64,000 bases of DNA. It comes from Camelus dromedarius (Eukaryota). The notes under the pieces were generated by a model, which had not been told where the DNA came from, did no database searches, and saw only the letters and a program-made list of their open reading frames with translations. The stretch lies in assembly GCF_036321535.1 (NCBI RefSeq), contig NC_087436.1, positions 51,028,001-51,092,000 on the forward strand, in the 5' to 3' direction. Below, one piece after another: positions 38,973-50,250 of the stretch. Positions within the stretch are counted from its first letter, which is position 1. Every line of letters begins with the position of its first letter. A program made the position numbers and the translations under genes.

Positions 38973-39466
38973 CCTGCTGGCGCGTCCGCGCTCGGCCTCC
39001 CTGCGCTTGCGGCTCCCTCCGGGGCGGCGCGGGCCTGGGGGCCGGGGAACGAAGAGGCGGCGGCCGGCCGGAGCCGGAGCGGGTCCGGGTGCGGGTGCGG
39101 GGCGGGGCGGGCCGGGTCGGGTCGGGTCGGGTCCGGGCGGGCGGGCGCGCGGTCTCTCCGGGCCAGTCAGCGCCGCGCCATGTCCGCAGCGCGGGCGGAG
39201 GGAACGCCGGGCGCGCGGTTGCGGGGCCGCGGCGTCGCCGCCTTCCCGGCCGCGGCGGCTCTGGCCTGGGCTGCGCTGGGCTCTCGGAGCGGGGCCGGCG
39301 GCGGGGCGCAGGCCGAGGGCGGCGACGGCGGCGAGAGGCCCGACGGACGTGAAGGGCAGGGGAAGCTGTCAGCGCGTCGCCGGGCCGCTCCGGTGGCGAA
39401 ACCTCCTCTTCCTGCCCCGGCTCGCTGGTGCACTTCTCTCTCTTTCTCTCTCGCTCACTCTCTCAC
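38973..39466 (-). other. NFKB1: NFKB1 exon 1 (non-coding, GC-rich 5' UTR); the 5' boundary (TSS) is approximate
   Basis: Minus strand reads GTGAGAGAGTGAGCGAGAGAGAAAGAGAGAGAAGTGCACCAGCGAGCCGGGGCAGGAAGAGGAGGTTTCGCCACCGGAGCGGCCCGGCGACGCGCTGACAGCTTCCCCTGCCC, matching the mammalian NFKB1 5' UTR as I recall it; ends in a strong donor CAGG|GTAAGC at 38973/38972. Confidence 0.9.
39167..39181 (-). other. Upstream ORF (MARR*) in the NFKB1 5' UTR
   Basis: gcggacATGGCGCGGCGCTGA; G at -3 and G at +4; the only ATG I find on the minus strand of exon 1. Confidence 0.8.
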
Positions 39467-39495
39467 TTCCTGGCTGGAAATTCCCACTGACGTCG
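39465..39495 (-). promoter_or_regulatory. Core promoter module: CRE/ATF-like site, canonical kB site and ETS site
   Basis: Minus strand CGACGTCA-GT-GGGAATTTCC-AGC-CAGGAAGT: CRE-like 39488-39495, kB 39476-39485 (fits GGGRNWYYCC), ETS core 39465-39472. Confidence 0.85.
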
Positions 39496-39563
39496 AGAAG
39501 ACAGACAGACGGACACACGCGCGCACGCCACGGGGGCGGGAGGTGGGGTCGCCGCCGGGGGTG

Positions 39564-39573
39564 GGGGAAGCCC
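39564..39573 (+). promoter_or_regulatory. Second kB-like site in the promoter
   Basis: GGGGAAGCCC, about 100 bp upstream of the TSS. Confidence 0.6.
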
Positions 39574-41074
39574 GCACTCCTGGGGGGCCGTGCGCCCCCC
39601 GCCCGGCCTCGCCGGCCGGCTCGGCGCCCGCCCCTCGGGGCCGCTGCGGGGCGCGCGTTCCACCGCCCGGACGCCGGGGTCCCCTGCGGGGCTCCTGCTC
39701 CCCAGCCCGCGCTCCCAGAGCCCCGCGGGCAGCAGCGGACCGGGACGCCCCCTGGAAGCGCCGGCGGGGCCCAGTCGTCCCGGGAGGCGGGCGGCGCGGA
39801 GGCGGCGGCAGTGCGGCTGTAAGAGTCGGGCGGTCCAGATCCCCTAAAGACAGGCCCCGGCATCTGGAGGGGATGATGGGTCGGCTTGGAGCCAAGCATG
39901 CTGTGTATAAAAATAAATCTCATGTGTATAGTCCATTTAAGTGGTCTCAGTTACTCTCAAATCTCTTCACAGATTAAACTGGAATTTCCATAGCATAACT
40001 GACTTTTGTCCATAACAAATACTGGTTTTTGGCGAGGTCTCCCATCTCCTCGTTTTGACATTCAGAACTTTAATTTACAGGGCTTTGTCAGGCCTTTAGG
40101 ATAATTCCTGTGGGTGGAATTATAGTGATGGTGGGAGCAATGGTTTTGGGTCACAGTTCATAAAGAAATACCAATCTGGCAGATGGGAATCTGTCGCATT
40201 TTTCTGAAGAGACCACTGCTGGAACCCACAGACGGGCCTCCCAGGGCTCACCAGTCACTAGCGTTTGAGCTGCTTTACATGCCAGACACTGTGCTAGGCA
40301 CGGACTGGGGTGCCTTGGGATAGATTAGTTCCCTAAATAAGAAACCTGGGCAAAAATAGATATTTTAGAGTTAATTATCTCACTACTGAGTTCAGTAACA
40401 ACTTTAAAACATCAGAAATCACCAGGCAATGTTGCTATGGCATTAGATTGCCCCTAGCAATACTCCCTTCATGTCCACTCCTTGCCCTCCTCCCTTCCTC
40501 CCCAGGGTTATAAGAATATTCTTGGTGGAGTGTTTGGCAGAGGACCAGAGATCCATTTGATTGGATCTGGGGTGAATCTCTGCCGTGACTTTGGAACCAA
40601 CCAACAATCCTCCTTCAAACTGTTTCACTTAGCTCCCAGAATTTGTTTGAACAGCTAGAATTCAGGGGGTTTATAACGACTGAAGACAAAGACTTTTTAG
40701 AAACTCTGTTATTATTTATGACATTATTAGAAATTGTGCCAATATTATATTTTAGTAGATTAATGTATAGTTTATATAAAATGTTTACTGCCTCTGACAT
40801 GAGTATAAAGAGTGCAAACTCCCATGAAACAACAGAGTTTTAGGGAAATAGTTTTCCTTTTCATTATCGGGTACGTGTGAACATTCACATAATTCATTCT
40901 GTGTGGAGTGGTAGCCCATTGCTGAAAGAAATAGACAGTGTTGTTAAGAGAGCCAGTGTGACAAAAATTAAAGAGTGCTAATTAGTTAAAAGGACTAAAT
41001 TTGAAATTCAAGATTATCCTGTACATTGAACTTAAAATTGAGATGGGGTAGGCATGGGGGATCTGTTAAGCGGG

Positions 41075-41548
41075 TACGTTAGTTTTCTAGGACTGCCATA
41101 ACAAATGACCACAAATTGGGTGGCTTGAAACAACAGGAATTTATTCTCTTACAGTTCTGAAGGCCAGAAGTCAGAGATCAAGCTGTTGGAAGGGTCAAGC
41201 TATGCTCTCTCTGACGGCCCTAGGGAAAACTCCTTCCTTGCCTCTTCCTAGCTTTTGGTGACTCCTGGCAATCCTTGGTGTTCCTTGGCTTTTAGCGGCA
41301 TTACTCCCACTTCTGCCTCTGTCTTCACATGGCCTTCCCTGTGTCTCCTCTGTATCTCTGTATCCAAATCTCCTTCTCCTCTCTAAAACACAGGTCATTG
41401 GATTCAGAACCCACCCCAATCCAGTATGACCTCATGTTAACTTGATTATATCTGTAAAGACACTATTTCCAAATAAGGTCATGTTCACAGGTATCTGGGG
41501 TTAGGACTGAAACATATCTCTTGGGGGGACACAATTCAACGCGCTATA
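41075..41548 (-). mobile_element. MLT1C-like MaLR LTR
   Basis: ctgccataacaaatgaccacaaattgggtggcttgaaacaacag...ccaaataaggtcatgttcacaggta...gggggacacaattcaac. Confidence 0.9.
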
Positions 41549-42239
41549 GCAGACAGAACTACAAAAGCCCTCTGTCTACTTGTTTTGGCTCACCAGTTAT
41601 CCTTCCTGTATCTCTGCTTTGTTTCCCACCACTTTCTCTACATCCTGTACATACCTGCTTTCAGGAATGGTTTTTGCAAAGTCATCTACCCTCAGGTATC
41701 AGAGGGCATTTGCCACCAGCAGAATACAAAGGAAAAAAATGCCTGTGTGGAATTTCAGTCATTGTGATTGTGGAAAGGGCAAGTTGTATTGTGTTTGTCA
41801 CTAAATCTTTGAAATCACATGAATTTCATTTCTTGTGAAGCTGAGTATTGGAAATTATGTCTAGAGAGTTACGAGGTTGAGATCTACATAGTGTGTACAC
41901 TGACAATGAAAAATTATATAGTGTGTAAAGAGGATCCACAAATACAGACTCAAACAGCTGAGCCTTACAAACTCTAAGACCCATCCTGGGAATAGAACAG
42001 GAGTGAACTGTATTTCTGTAAAGGGGCACAACTTGCTTCAGGTCATGAAGCTACCTCAGCATGCTTAGAAACACCCAGGTCATAACTCTTGCCTATGGGA
42101 GCGAAGGTGAAATGGAAAGACTTCACTAGACTTGAAATCAGACTTGAACTGGAGTATTGGCTTTACCTTGAATTATCTGTGTAACTGCTGCCAAGTGAAA
42201 GTTTATATGAACTTTGGTTTCTTCACCTGTATAATAAGC

Positions 42240-42487
42240 ATAATGTTATAGTGTATAATAAGCTGTATAATAGCTTTATATAATATTTACATTATATGTA
42301 TGTATATACATATATTTATAAACATTATTGTATATTATATCATTAACATATTAATATATTATACATTATATCTACATACATATATATTAATATACATACA
42401 TATAATACATACATAATAATTAGTATGTACGCATAATGTATTAACATAGTACCAATATATGCTCTAATATATTATTACATATATATG
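42240..42487. repeat. AT-rich (TA/TACA) low-complexity tract
   Basis: Read directly from the sequence. Confidence 0.85.
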
Positions 42488-42494
42488 TTGTGTT

Positions 42495-42874
42495 GCTTCA
42501 GTCCAGATGTTTGTGTCCCCCCTCAAATTTCTATGCTGAAATCCTAACCCTCAGGGTGATGGTATTGGCTGGGCAGGAGGGCGGGGAGAAACCTCTGGGT
42601 GGTGAATAGGTCCTGAGGGGAGAACCCTCATAATTTGGATTACTTCTCTCATAAAAGAGACTTCAGAGTGCTTGCTCCTGCCTTCTGCCACATGAGGATA
42701 CCAAAAAAAAAAAAAAAAAATCTGCAACCTGAAACAAGGCCCTCACCAGACCATGCTGGCACTCTGATCTCAGACTTTCAACCTTCAGAACTGTGAGAAA
42801 TAAATTTCTGTTGTTTATAAGCCACCCAGTGTGTGGTATTTTGTTATAGCAGCCCAAGTTAAAAGACTAAGACA
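42495..42874 (+). mobile_element. MLT1A/MLT1A0-like MaLR LTR
   Basis: atgtttgtgtcccccctcaaattt...cagaactgtgagaaataaatttctgttgtttataagccacccagt...gactaagaca. Confidence 0.88.
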
Positions 42875-43659
42875 TGGATATTAATACACATGCAACAGAC
42901 ATATGTACTTTATCATCTAAATATACATATATACAACAATAACATATGTTACATTATAAAAACTCTACATCACAAAGTTCTAGAGACAGAGGGAAGCTAA
43001 AGAATGTAAAAGGCCTATGCAAATATAAACAGTCACTCTAACAATAAGGACTTGAAATTAATTTCCTCATAGGCTTAGGGGACATAAATGCTTGCACTGG
43101 GGTGGACACTCACCCTTGTGGAGGCCTCTCTCCCTACTGATGGCAAAGTATTTCATCACACCTCTATTAAAGGGCTTGCTATGTTCTGTCCTGTGCTTGC
43201 ACAGTTAGCAGGTCTTATTGAGAAAGCACTCAGTTAGCCTTTATATTGGTTACAAGAGAAAAAAAAAAAATAAAGCCAGGAAGGATGATACCTCATATAA
43301 GAGCCAGGATGAAAGTGGTTTGTTCAAAGGATTATACCACCACAAGTACATCCAACAACAGAGGGCAAAGAAATCATCTTCCTTTTAAGATTAGAGAATC
43401 CAGAATTTTATTCCCATGGCAATGGAGATACACTGAAATGAAGAGACATCAGTAAATTTAAAGGAAGAATTTCACTGGTCTTAGAGATACTAACATCTTT
43501 TCTATCGGTTCAAATGGATATTTATATGCTAACATCACTGCCTTCAAAGAGTTCACTAAATACAAAGAAGTGCATGTGATTATAGTACTAGGCAGAGTGT
43601 GGTAAATGCATTCACGGAGGTATAGTCAAATACTCAGGCGTAGGTAGGGAGAGATACAG

Positions 43660-43950
43660 TACTGCCTGATGGTTAAGCTCTTGGGCTATGGAATCAAGTG
43701 CTACCTTCAGATTTGAAACCAGTACCTAATTATACCCTTCACAGAAGATAATTCATTCTTGTTCTGCCTTGAGTAGTTTGTGATCTTGATGCATAATTGT
43801 CCCAAGCCTCCTTTTTCTCATCTGTAAGGTAGGATGATAATTATGCCCACCTAACAGTGGTATGGTAAGGGTCAAATGGGATAATATCTGTACTGACCAA
43901 TGTGCTAGGTGCTCCGAAAACTCACATTTATGTTGGTAATTATTTTAATA
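43660..43950 (+). mobile_element. MIR SINE remnant
   Basis: ggttaagctcttgggctatggaatca...aagcctcctttttctcatctgtaagg..ggatgataat. Confidence 0.65.
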
Positions 43951-44839
43951 ATGTTGTTTCTCAGAAGAACAACTTAATGAAGAAAATAGCATTTGGTGGA
44001 TGTCAGAATAGTGGTGGTGAATTGATCAGGAGAAAGAAAAGGAATGAGGGGAAGTGAGACTTAAAAAACATGAGATCTGGTTTTAAAACACAGTTTTTAA
44101 CAAAAAGACTCAGGACGTGGAATTGTGTGTTGTAATAATTAATGTAAAAAAAAAATCTAGCTTTTTCCCAGATACCCACCTGTCAACTTTTTTTTTTTTT
44201 TGGTCTAATATCACCTCTCTAAAGCACATTCACAACACTTAAAATATGTTTAATAAATAGTAAAGAAATGTTTAAAAATTAATTATTTTTTCTTAAAATA
44301 TTGTGTACATATTGTTTCACCAAAGAATTGGCCACAAAAGTATTTTCTATGGAGAGACTCAGGAAAAAGCGGTATGGGAGAGCCAGGATTTGGACCCAAG
44401 TCAACTTGACATCTACTTTCCAGAGGCTAAGATGCAGGTGGTGGGAGAGAAGTTGCAATTTGTGGAAGGTGTCAAAGTCCTAGCATTATTTATCCTTTCC
44501 TTTGAGGCAGTAAGAAGGAATGGAGTATTGTTTTTCCTCTTTATGGGAACCACAAACTAATAGTCTTTTGCTGCTTCTATGCAATAATCATTCTGCAATT
44601 TTCCAGCAATATAACTGGGCAAAACAAAGACTTTTATAGCAAAATATATTTTAAGTAAATGAACTACTCAGGCTAGGAAGAGTTCATATTTTATGTGATC
44701 TTCTCATAATCTAAGACAAGATCTAATCACCATAAAAGATGATTTGGACTTAACCTAATATAACAGCAGTACAAATAGTCATCTCTATCATTTATCAGGT
44801 ACTTAACTATTTGTGGCATTGTTTCCTAGGTATTTATGT

Positions 44840-45248
44840 GACGGTTGGAAGAAATAAACATAGCAGCTATTTTTTTTAAAACCTAAATCTCTGTGATTTA
44901 ACACAATCAAAGTTCAAAAGTTCACTTCTCTCTCACATGAAATCCACTGTGGAAGCTCCTAGGTGGTGGCACACCTGGGCAGCTCCCCTCCAGGTGGTAA
45001 CTCAGCGGTTCGAAATCATTCCATCATTTAACACCATCATCATCATGTGTTGCTTTCAGTGCTGTCTCAGAAAAGGAAGAGAGGGCGCATAGAAAATGTA
45101 TGTCTTTTTTCAACTGTCTTTGACTGACAGTGACACACTTCCACTCCCATGGTCCTACTTAGATGCAAGGGACCCAGGAAATCCAGTTTTGCTGGGTGTT
45201 TAGGAGGAAAAAATAGGTTGAGTGGGCACACAATTAATAATTGCTACA
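44840..45248 (-). mobile_element. Old MLT1 (J/I-like) LTR inserted into a MIR (MIR continues 45250-45430)
   Basis: aaatctctgtgatttaacacaat...ttctctctcacat...catggtcctacttagatgcaaggga; followed by MIR core cccattttacagatgag. Confidence 0.6.
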
Positions 45249-45439
45249 CATGTATTAACTTATTTAACTCTCAGTCAAATAAGATAGGTTGTTATTTGCC
45301 CCCATTTTTACAGATGAGATGTCAAATAATTTTTCTAAGGTTTCATCACTAGTGAGTAGTAGGGGAACCAGGATTTGAACCCGGGTGATTTGCCTCCAGT
45401 GTCCATATTCTTAATCACTAGACTAAACTACTTATCCAA

Positions 45440-46070
45440 CAAAGTGAACAAGAGAAGGAGATGAGATTTTTAGGAGATAAGGTCAACAGGACACACTTAC
45501 AGATAATATATGCCGCTTGAGTGAGAGGAAGAGTGAGAGATGGCTCTGAGGTTTTCTAGATTGGGAAATCAGAACGGTAACACCCTCACTGCGAAGGAAC
45601 CTGTGGAAATAGGATGCATTCAGCTTTAGACATGTTAAGTGTGATAGGCTCAATGATATCATTTGGAAGTGACTAATGTTCAACTGGAAATTCAAGCCTG
45701 ATGCTGGGAAAGACATGGGACTGGAGATCTAAATCAAGAGATGAATGCAAAGATGTGGTAGTTGTCATGACAGCGTTTCTAAAACATTAGTGACCAAAGA
45801 CAGTTGGAAAAGAATAGAAATAAGAACAGAAACTTGATGAATAGCTATTTCTTGGATAGTGTGTGTGTGTGTGTATAGCAGGGGAGGTAAGAGAGAGACA
45901 GAATTGCTTAAAGACTGCTGAGGTGACATCGGAGGTAGAAAGAAGGCTTGGAAAACCAAAGAGAGAGTTTCGAGGGTCAGAGTGGTCAACAGAGCCAAAA
46001 ACTGCAAACAGTTCCTAAAAGGTCAGAATGAGAAGAAGCAGTTGAATTGGGGAATTATGAAAACCCAAGC
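45440..46070 (-). mobile_element. L2 remnant
   Basis: gatggctctgaggttttctag...ttcagctttagacatgttaag...gggactggagatctaaat...aaaggtcagaatgagaag. Confidence 0.7.
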
Positions 46071-46660
46071 AAGGCTGCAGGGGATGGGTGTGCAGCTAAG
46101 GAAAGAAACGACTTTGTACTCTGTTCACCCTGCTCACTCTATTCAGAAGAAAAGGGAACTTGATTAATTCTCAAAATGGCACTGCTACCAGTGGCTGTGG
46201 CCCTAGGCTATTTTATAGAGTAGTTTAAATATAATGAGAGCCAAGAACCAGGTTACAGGGGGCTGGCAACTGAGTGGGAAATGGAGACGGGAAGGCAGTA
46301 AATGCAAAAGAGTTTGGAGTGAGAAGAAGGAAGGAAGGAAGGAAGGAAAGAGGTTAGTGTCATTCTTCATTTATTTGACTAACATTTATGGAATGCCAGG
46401 GTTACAGGAAGTTTGGAAGGGCAGAGAAATAGCTTAATAAGTTATAGACTGAATAAAAGAAAGAGGATGAATGAAGGAGCCAGGTGCCAGAAGAAAAGGG
46501 AAGTGGGATGTGTGGAGGTCATGGTCTAGGTGAAGCAATTGCCGGACAGGTCTTCCCATGGGAACAGTGAGGACAGCAAGTGAAGGGTCTTGCTCAGAAA
46601 GAAGAGATTATGCTCTCATCAGCAGCAGAAATGCACAAACCAAAAATAACTATTAGAGAA

Positions 46661-47053
46661 TGTACTTGTTTGTTAGGGCTGCCATAACAAAATGCCAATA
46701 CGGCTGGGCTGCCTCACCAACAGGAATTAATTTTTCTCATGATTCTAGAGGCTACAAGTCCAAGAATGACTTGTCAGCTGGGTTGGTTCTTTCTGAGGCC
46801 TCTCTCCTTGGTGTATAGATGACTGTCTTCCCCCGGTGTCTTCATGTGGGTCCCTCAGTGTGTCCGTGTCCTCCTCTCCTCTCCCTACAAGGACACCAGT
46901 CATACTGGATTAGGGCCTGCCCCAAAGACCTCATTTTAACTTAATTAGCTCTTTAAAGACTCTATCACCAAACACAGTCACATTCTGAGCTACTGGGGGT
47001 TAAGATTTCAATATATAAATTGTTGGGTGGGGGACACAATTCAGCCCTTAGCA
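46661..47053 (-). mobile_element. MLT1B-like MaLR LTR
   Basis: agggctgccataacaaaat...tctgaggcctctctccttgg...aaggacaccagtcatactggattagggcc...ggggacacaattcagccc. Confidence 0.9.
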
Positions 47054-47094
47054 GAAATATCTTCTGTTGATTTGCATGAAGACATGGAGAGAGA

Positions 47095-47185
47095 GAGGAA
47101 CAGCTCACCCCGGTTTGCCCATCTTGGTTTTCAGCACAGAAAACAGTTTGGCCAGGAAACCCTCAGTTCCCAGTAAACAAGGGTG
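47095..47185 (+). mobile_element. MER81-like hAT-Blackjack MITE
   Basis: cccggtttgccc...ggttttcagcacagaaa...caggaaaccctcagttcccagtaaacaaggg. Confidence 0.65.
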
Positions 47186-47329
47186 CGAAACCAACAAAAT
47201 TGGTTTGAGTGAAATCAGACTGGCTGATTTGAGACAGCTGCCAATTACTTGCTTTTATGGAGGGGGTTTCTGTCTTCCAAAAGATTCTATGTCTCACTAT
47301 CAAATCTATCCATAAGTGATGGTCTGATG

Positions 47330-47382
47330 CCTATATATCTATCTATATCTATATCTACATCTATATCTATATCTACATATAT
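47330..47382. repeat. (TATATC)n microsatellite
   Basis: Read directly from the sequence. Confidence 0.85.
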
Positions 47383-48189
47383 CTTTAATAGGATAAATAT
47401 GCCTTTGCATACATATATCTCCTGACAAGCTTTTATAGCAATCTGAGAGAAATCATCATAATAATACTCATTATAATAGATCTCCATTCATCATATTGGC
47501 AGCAAGACTTTTAAAAAAAAATTATCAGAGCTTGTTGAAGTGCAAATTCAAATAAAGCTGCTTACCTGTTGGTGATTTCACTGTTTTAACAATTTTTGAA
47601 AACTTCAGATTCAGTCTACTTTGGAATTACACTCATTCCATGTAAAGAACTTGTTTGAGCAGCACTTACAGTCTTAACAGCTAACCTTTTCTGAGTGTGT
47701 GTATATGTGCGTGTGTGCGTGCAGGTCCACAGCCCACGCAACTGCAGGGAGATGCCATTAGATCTGCTGAAGTGGGGGCCCTGAATAGCGTCTGGAGTGA
47801 CTGTGTGAGCGGCCAACCCTGGTGGATTTGAAGCTGTAGTGTGGTGAGACCCACAGTTCTTGAGCAGATAGGGGCTGCCCTAGGCTGTGAGGTGGCCAAG
47901 TCCTACTCACCTTCTCAGTGGAGTGTTTTCCCCAAAGTTGCCTGAGATCCTCCCCTTATTTGCTCCTCTAGCTCCTGGGCCATTGTATTTAGCTCATTGG
48001 ATTGGATTGTATGATCCTGAGTAAATGGTTGTTAAGTCAGTGTGTAATTAATTTTAAGTTAAAAAATGTGAAAATTTCAAAATGTAATGTCAAAAAATTA
48101 ATAAAAAAGTAAAGTATATAAAGTGATAAGTAAGGTTGATTAAATATAACTAGGTAAATTTCTGTGTATCATTCTTTGTGGACAGAGTC

Positions 48190-48560
48190 ATTACCAAGAC
48201 TCTGATGAAGGAATCATTTTCAGGGGTGGGAGCAGAGTTAAGGGAAATCAATGAGAGATAGCAGAGCATCCCAGAGATGACAGGAACAGGAAGCCTTTAC
48301 CACTCCTAGACCTGGAAAGGCAAGGAGGGAGAGCGGTGCCCCGAACCAGGAAAGAGCTTGTAGCTGTAGGAGGGCAGCTTTAGAAAAGAGCGAGCCACGT
48401 CACTGGAGAAACTAGCCATGGACAAGTCGCCACTTGGCATGGAGGGAGCCGGTAGAATACATTACCCAGCCTCTCCCTCCATCATTCACATCTCCAGTGT
48501 TTCTCATTGAGAGGACTCCACTAGGAGCCAGAAGCACAGAGCAGGATGGAGACAAGTGGA
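48190..48560 (-). mobile_element. LTR33-like ERVL LTR
   Basis: gcagagttaagggaaatcaa...aacaggaagcctttaccactcctagacctggaaaggcaaggagggagagcggtg...ggagggagccgg resembles LTR33. Confidence 0.65.
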
Positions 48561-48989
48561 GAGTATCCAGAGCAGAATGCAAATTCACAATAACTATTAT
48601 TTTAAAAAGGAAATTTAGTGGTCAGTTTCTAGTGGTGCATGCAGCTTCATTCTGTAGCTAATCCAACCTGACAGGGACAAAGAGAGGCCGTGGGGCAGAG
48701 AATGGTATCACGCCTGGAAACATCTTTATCCGATGGAGGTGCTATAGAGAACACATTGCAGTCCTTTTATCACAGAGTGTGGCCATACATACTCAGTGAT
48801 CCAGTTCCTTTTAACAGCCTATTAGATGGAAATTATAAGCAGGGAAGAGAGTCTACCCTAAAGAACATGGGTGCTATTTACTCCATTTTAAATTCTATTC
48901 TTATATCAAATGATCAGTAGAAGGTCTTCTAACTACCAGTTTACAGTAGTCCATGGAAGAACAATTTTTGGTGATTTGAACCTAAATTA

Positions 48990-49345
48990 CTTCTAAAGCA
49001 TTTTATGTACCTAATCAGACCAAGTCACTTTTCAGCTCAAAGTCTTCCACTGGCTTCCGTGGTCACTCAGCACAAATACCAAATTCCTTACAATGATCAA
49101 AAGAGGCCCTTCCTAGTCTAGCTGTCTGCTGACTCAGATTTCATCTACCACCACTCTGCTGGCTACTCTCTCTGCTCCAGGAAAGTTCTCCTTGCTGCTC
49201 CTTGAACACCTCACACAGACACCCTGGTGCCCCAGAGCTCATGCACGTGCAGTTTTCATGCTCGGACACCCTTGGGATATGCATATGGTTCACTCCTTCA
49301 CTTCCTTCAAGTTTCTGCTCACCTTATGAAATAGCAACACTAGTC
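48990..49345 (+). mobile_element. L2a-like remnant
   Basis: cagaccaagtcacttttcagctcaaagtcttccactggcttcc...ccttgctgctccttgaacac...cactccttcacttccttcaagtttctgctc. Confidence 0.75.
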
Positions 49346-49439
49346 CATTATATCTTATATCTAAGTTAGTATCATTATATCTAAGTTATATCTAAGTTAG
49401 TATCTAAGTATCATTATATCTAAATTAGTATCACTGTTA

Positions 49440-50250
49440 ATTCTAGTCACTTTTTTTTTTATTGTGTAATCTGGCTTATTCCAGTAGCAAATCTTATAGT
49501 TCAGAAATTCCTTTAGTATCATTTGGTTGTAAGTATGTCTGTTTTGTCCTTTTCTTAAGAGACTGTTCCATTGAATATGTAATTCTAGATTAGGAGTTAC
49601 TTTTTCTGTACACATAAAAGATTTTATTCCATTGTCTTTAATTTTCATTGTTGCTTTTAATCAGTTTGCCTAGATCAGCCTACTTGCTGCCTTTCTGATT
49701 CCTTTTTTTTTTTTTTTCAGTTTCCTTGTGACAAATGTAGATGTGGTCTACTTCAATATACCCCACTTGGATTTTATTGTTTGTTTTAAAATAGGGCTTC
49801 GTGGATCTCAGGATTTAATATCTTTCAATAATTCTGGAAAATTCTGGGTCCATTATCTTTTCCAACATTGTTTCTCCTCCATTTTCTCTAGTCTTTCTGG
49901 GATTTTAATCAGGCATGTGTTACATCTTATTACTCTAACTTCTATAGCTCTTAATATCCTGTTATCTCTTTGTATTCTAGATAATTTCTTTAAGCTTATC
50001 TTTGAGTTCACAGATTCTCTCTTCAATTCCATCTCATATGCTATTTGATAGATCAGCTGAGTTTAAGATAATAAACTGTATTTCTTGAAACTTTATAAAT
50101 TCTTTGAAGTTTAGGTTGAAGTTGAATAATCCAAAGAATGTTCATTTCTTTTTGGCTGTACTCTGGGTGCGGTAATACCATGGAAACACTTTAAATTAAA
50201 TTCCCTTCTCAAGTGTTCTTGACCACCAGCCATATTTATTGTGAATGGTT
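49440..50250 (-). mobile_element. Ancient L1 ORF1-region remnant
   Basis: T-rich strand: aatatgtaattctag...ttattccattgtctt...ttcaataattctggaaaattct. Confidence 0.6.

Larger units (their letters stand above)
38610..39890. promoter_or_regulatory. NFKB1: CpG island covering the NFKB1 promoter, exon 1 and the start of intron 1
   Basis: Abrupt switch to very high GC and CpG density against AT-rich flanks; several GGGGCGGG GC boxes; no TATA box on the minus strand near the TSS. Confidence 0.95.

Noticed and set aside
38769..39977. 402-aa plus-strand ORF and the overlapping 307-, 184- and 146-aa ORFs over the CpG island
   Set aside because: Low-complexity A/G/R/P composition with long ORFs in several frames is the usual result of stop-codon scarcity at very high GC; the longest starts at a non-ATG codon, has no recognisable domain and overlaps the NFKB1 promoter and 5' UTR.
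47562..47573. Donor-like cttacctgttgg identical to the exon 3 donor region, suggesting an upstream exon or exon duplication
   Set aside because: The match is only 12 nt, with no further similarity and no convincing acceptor.
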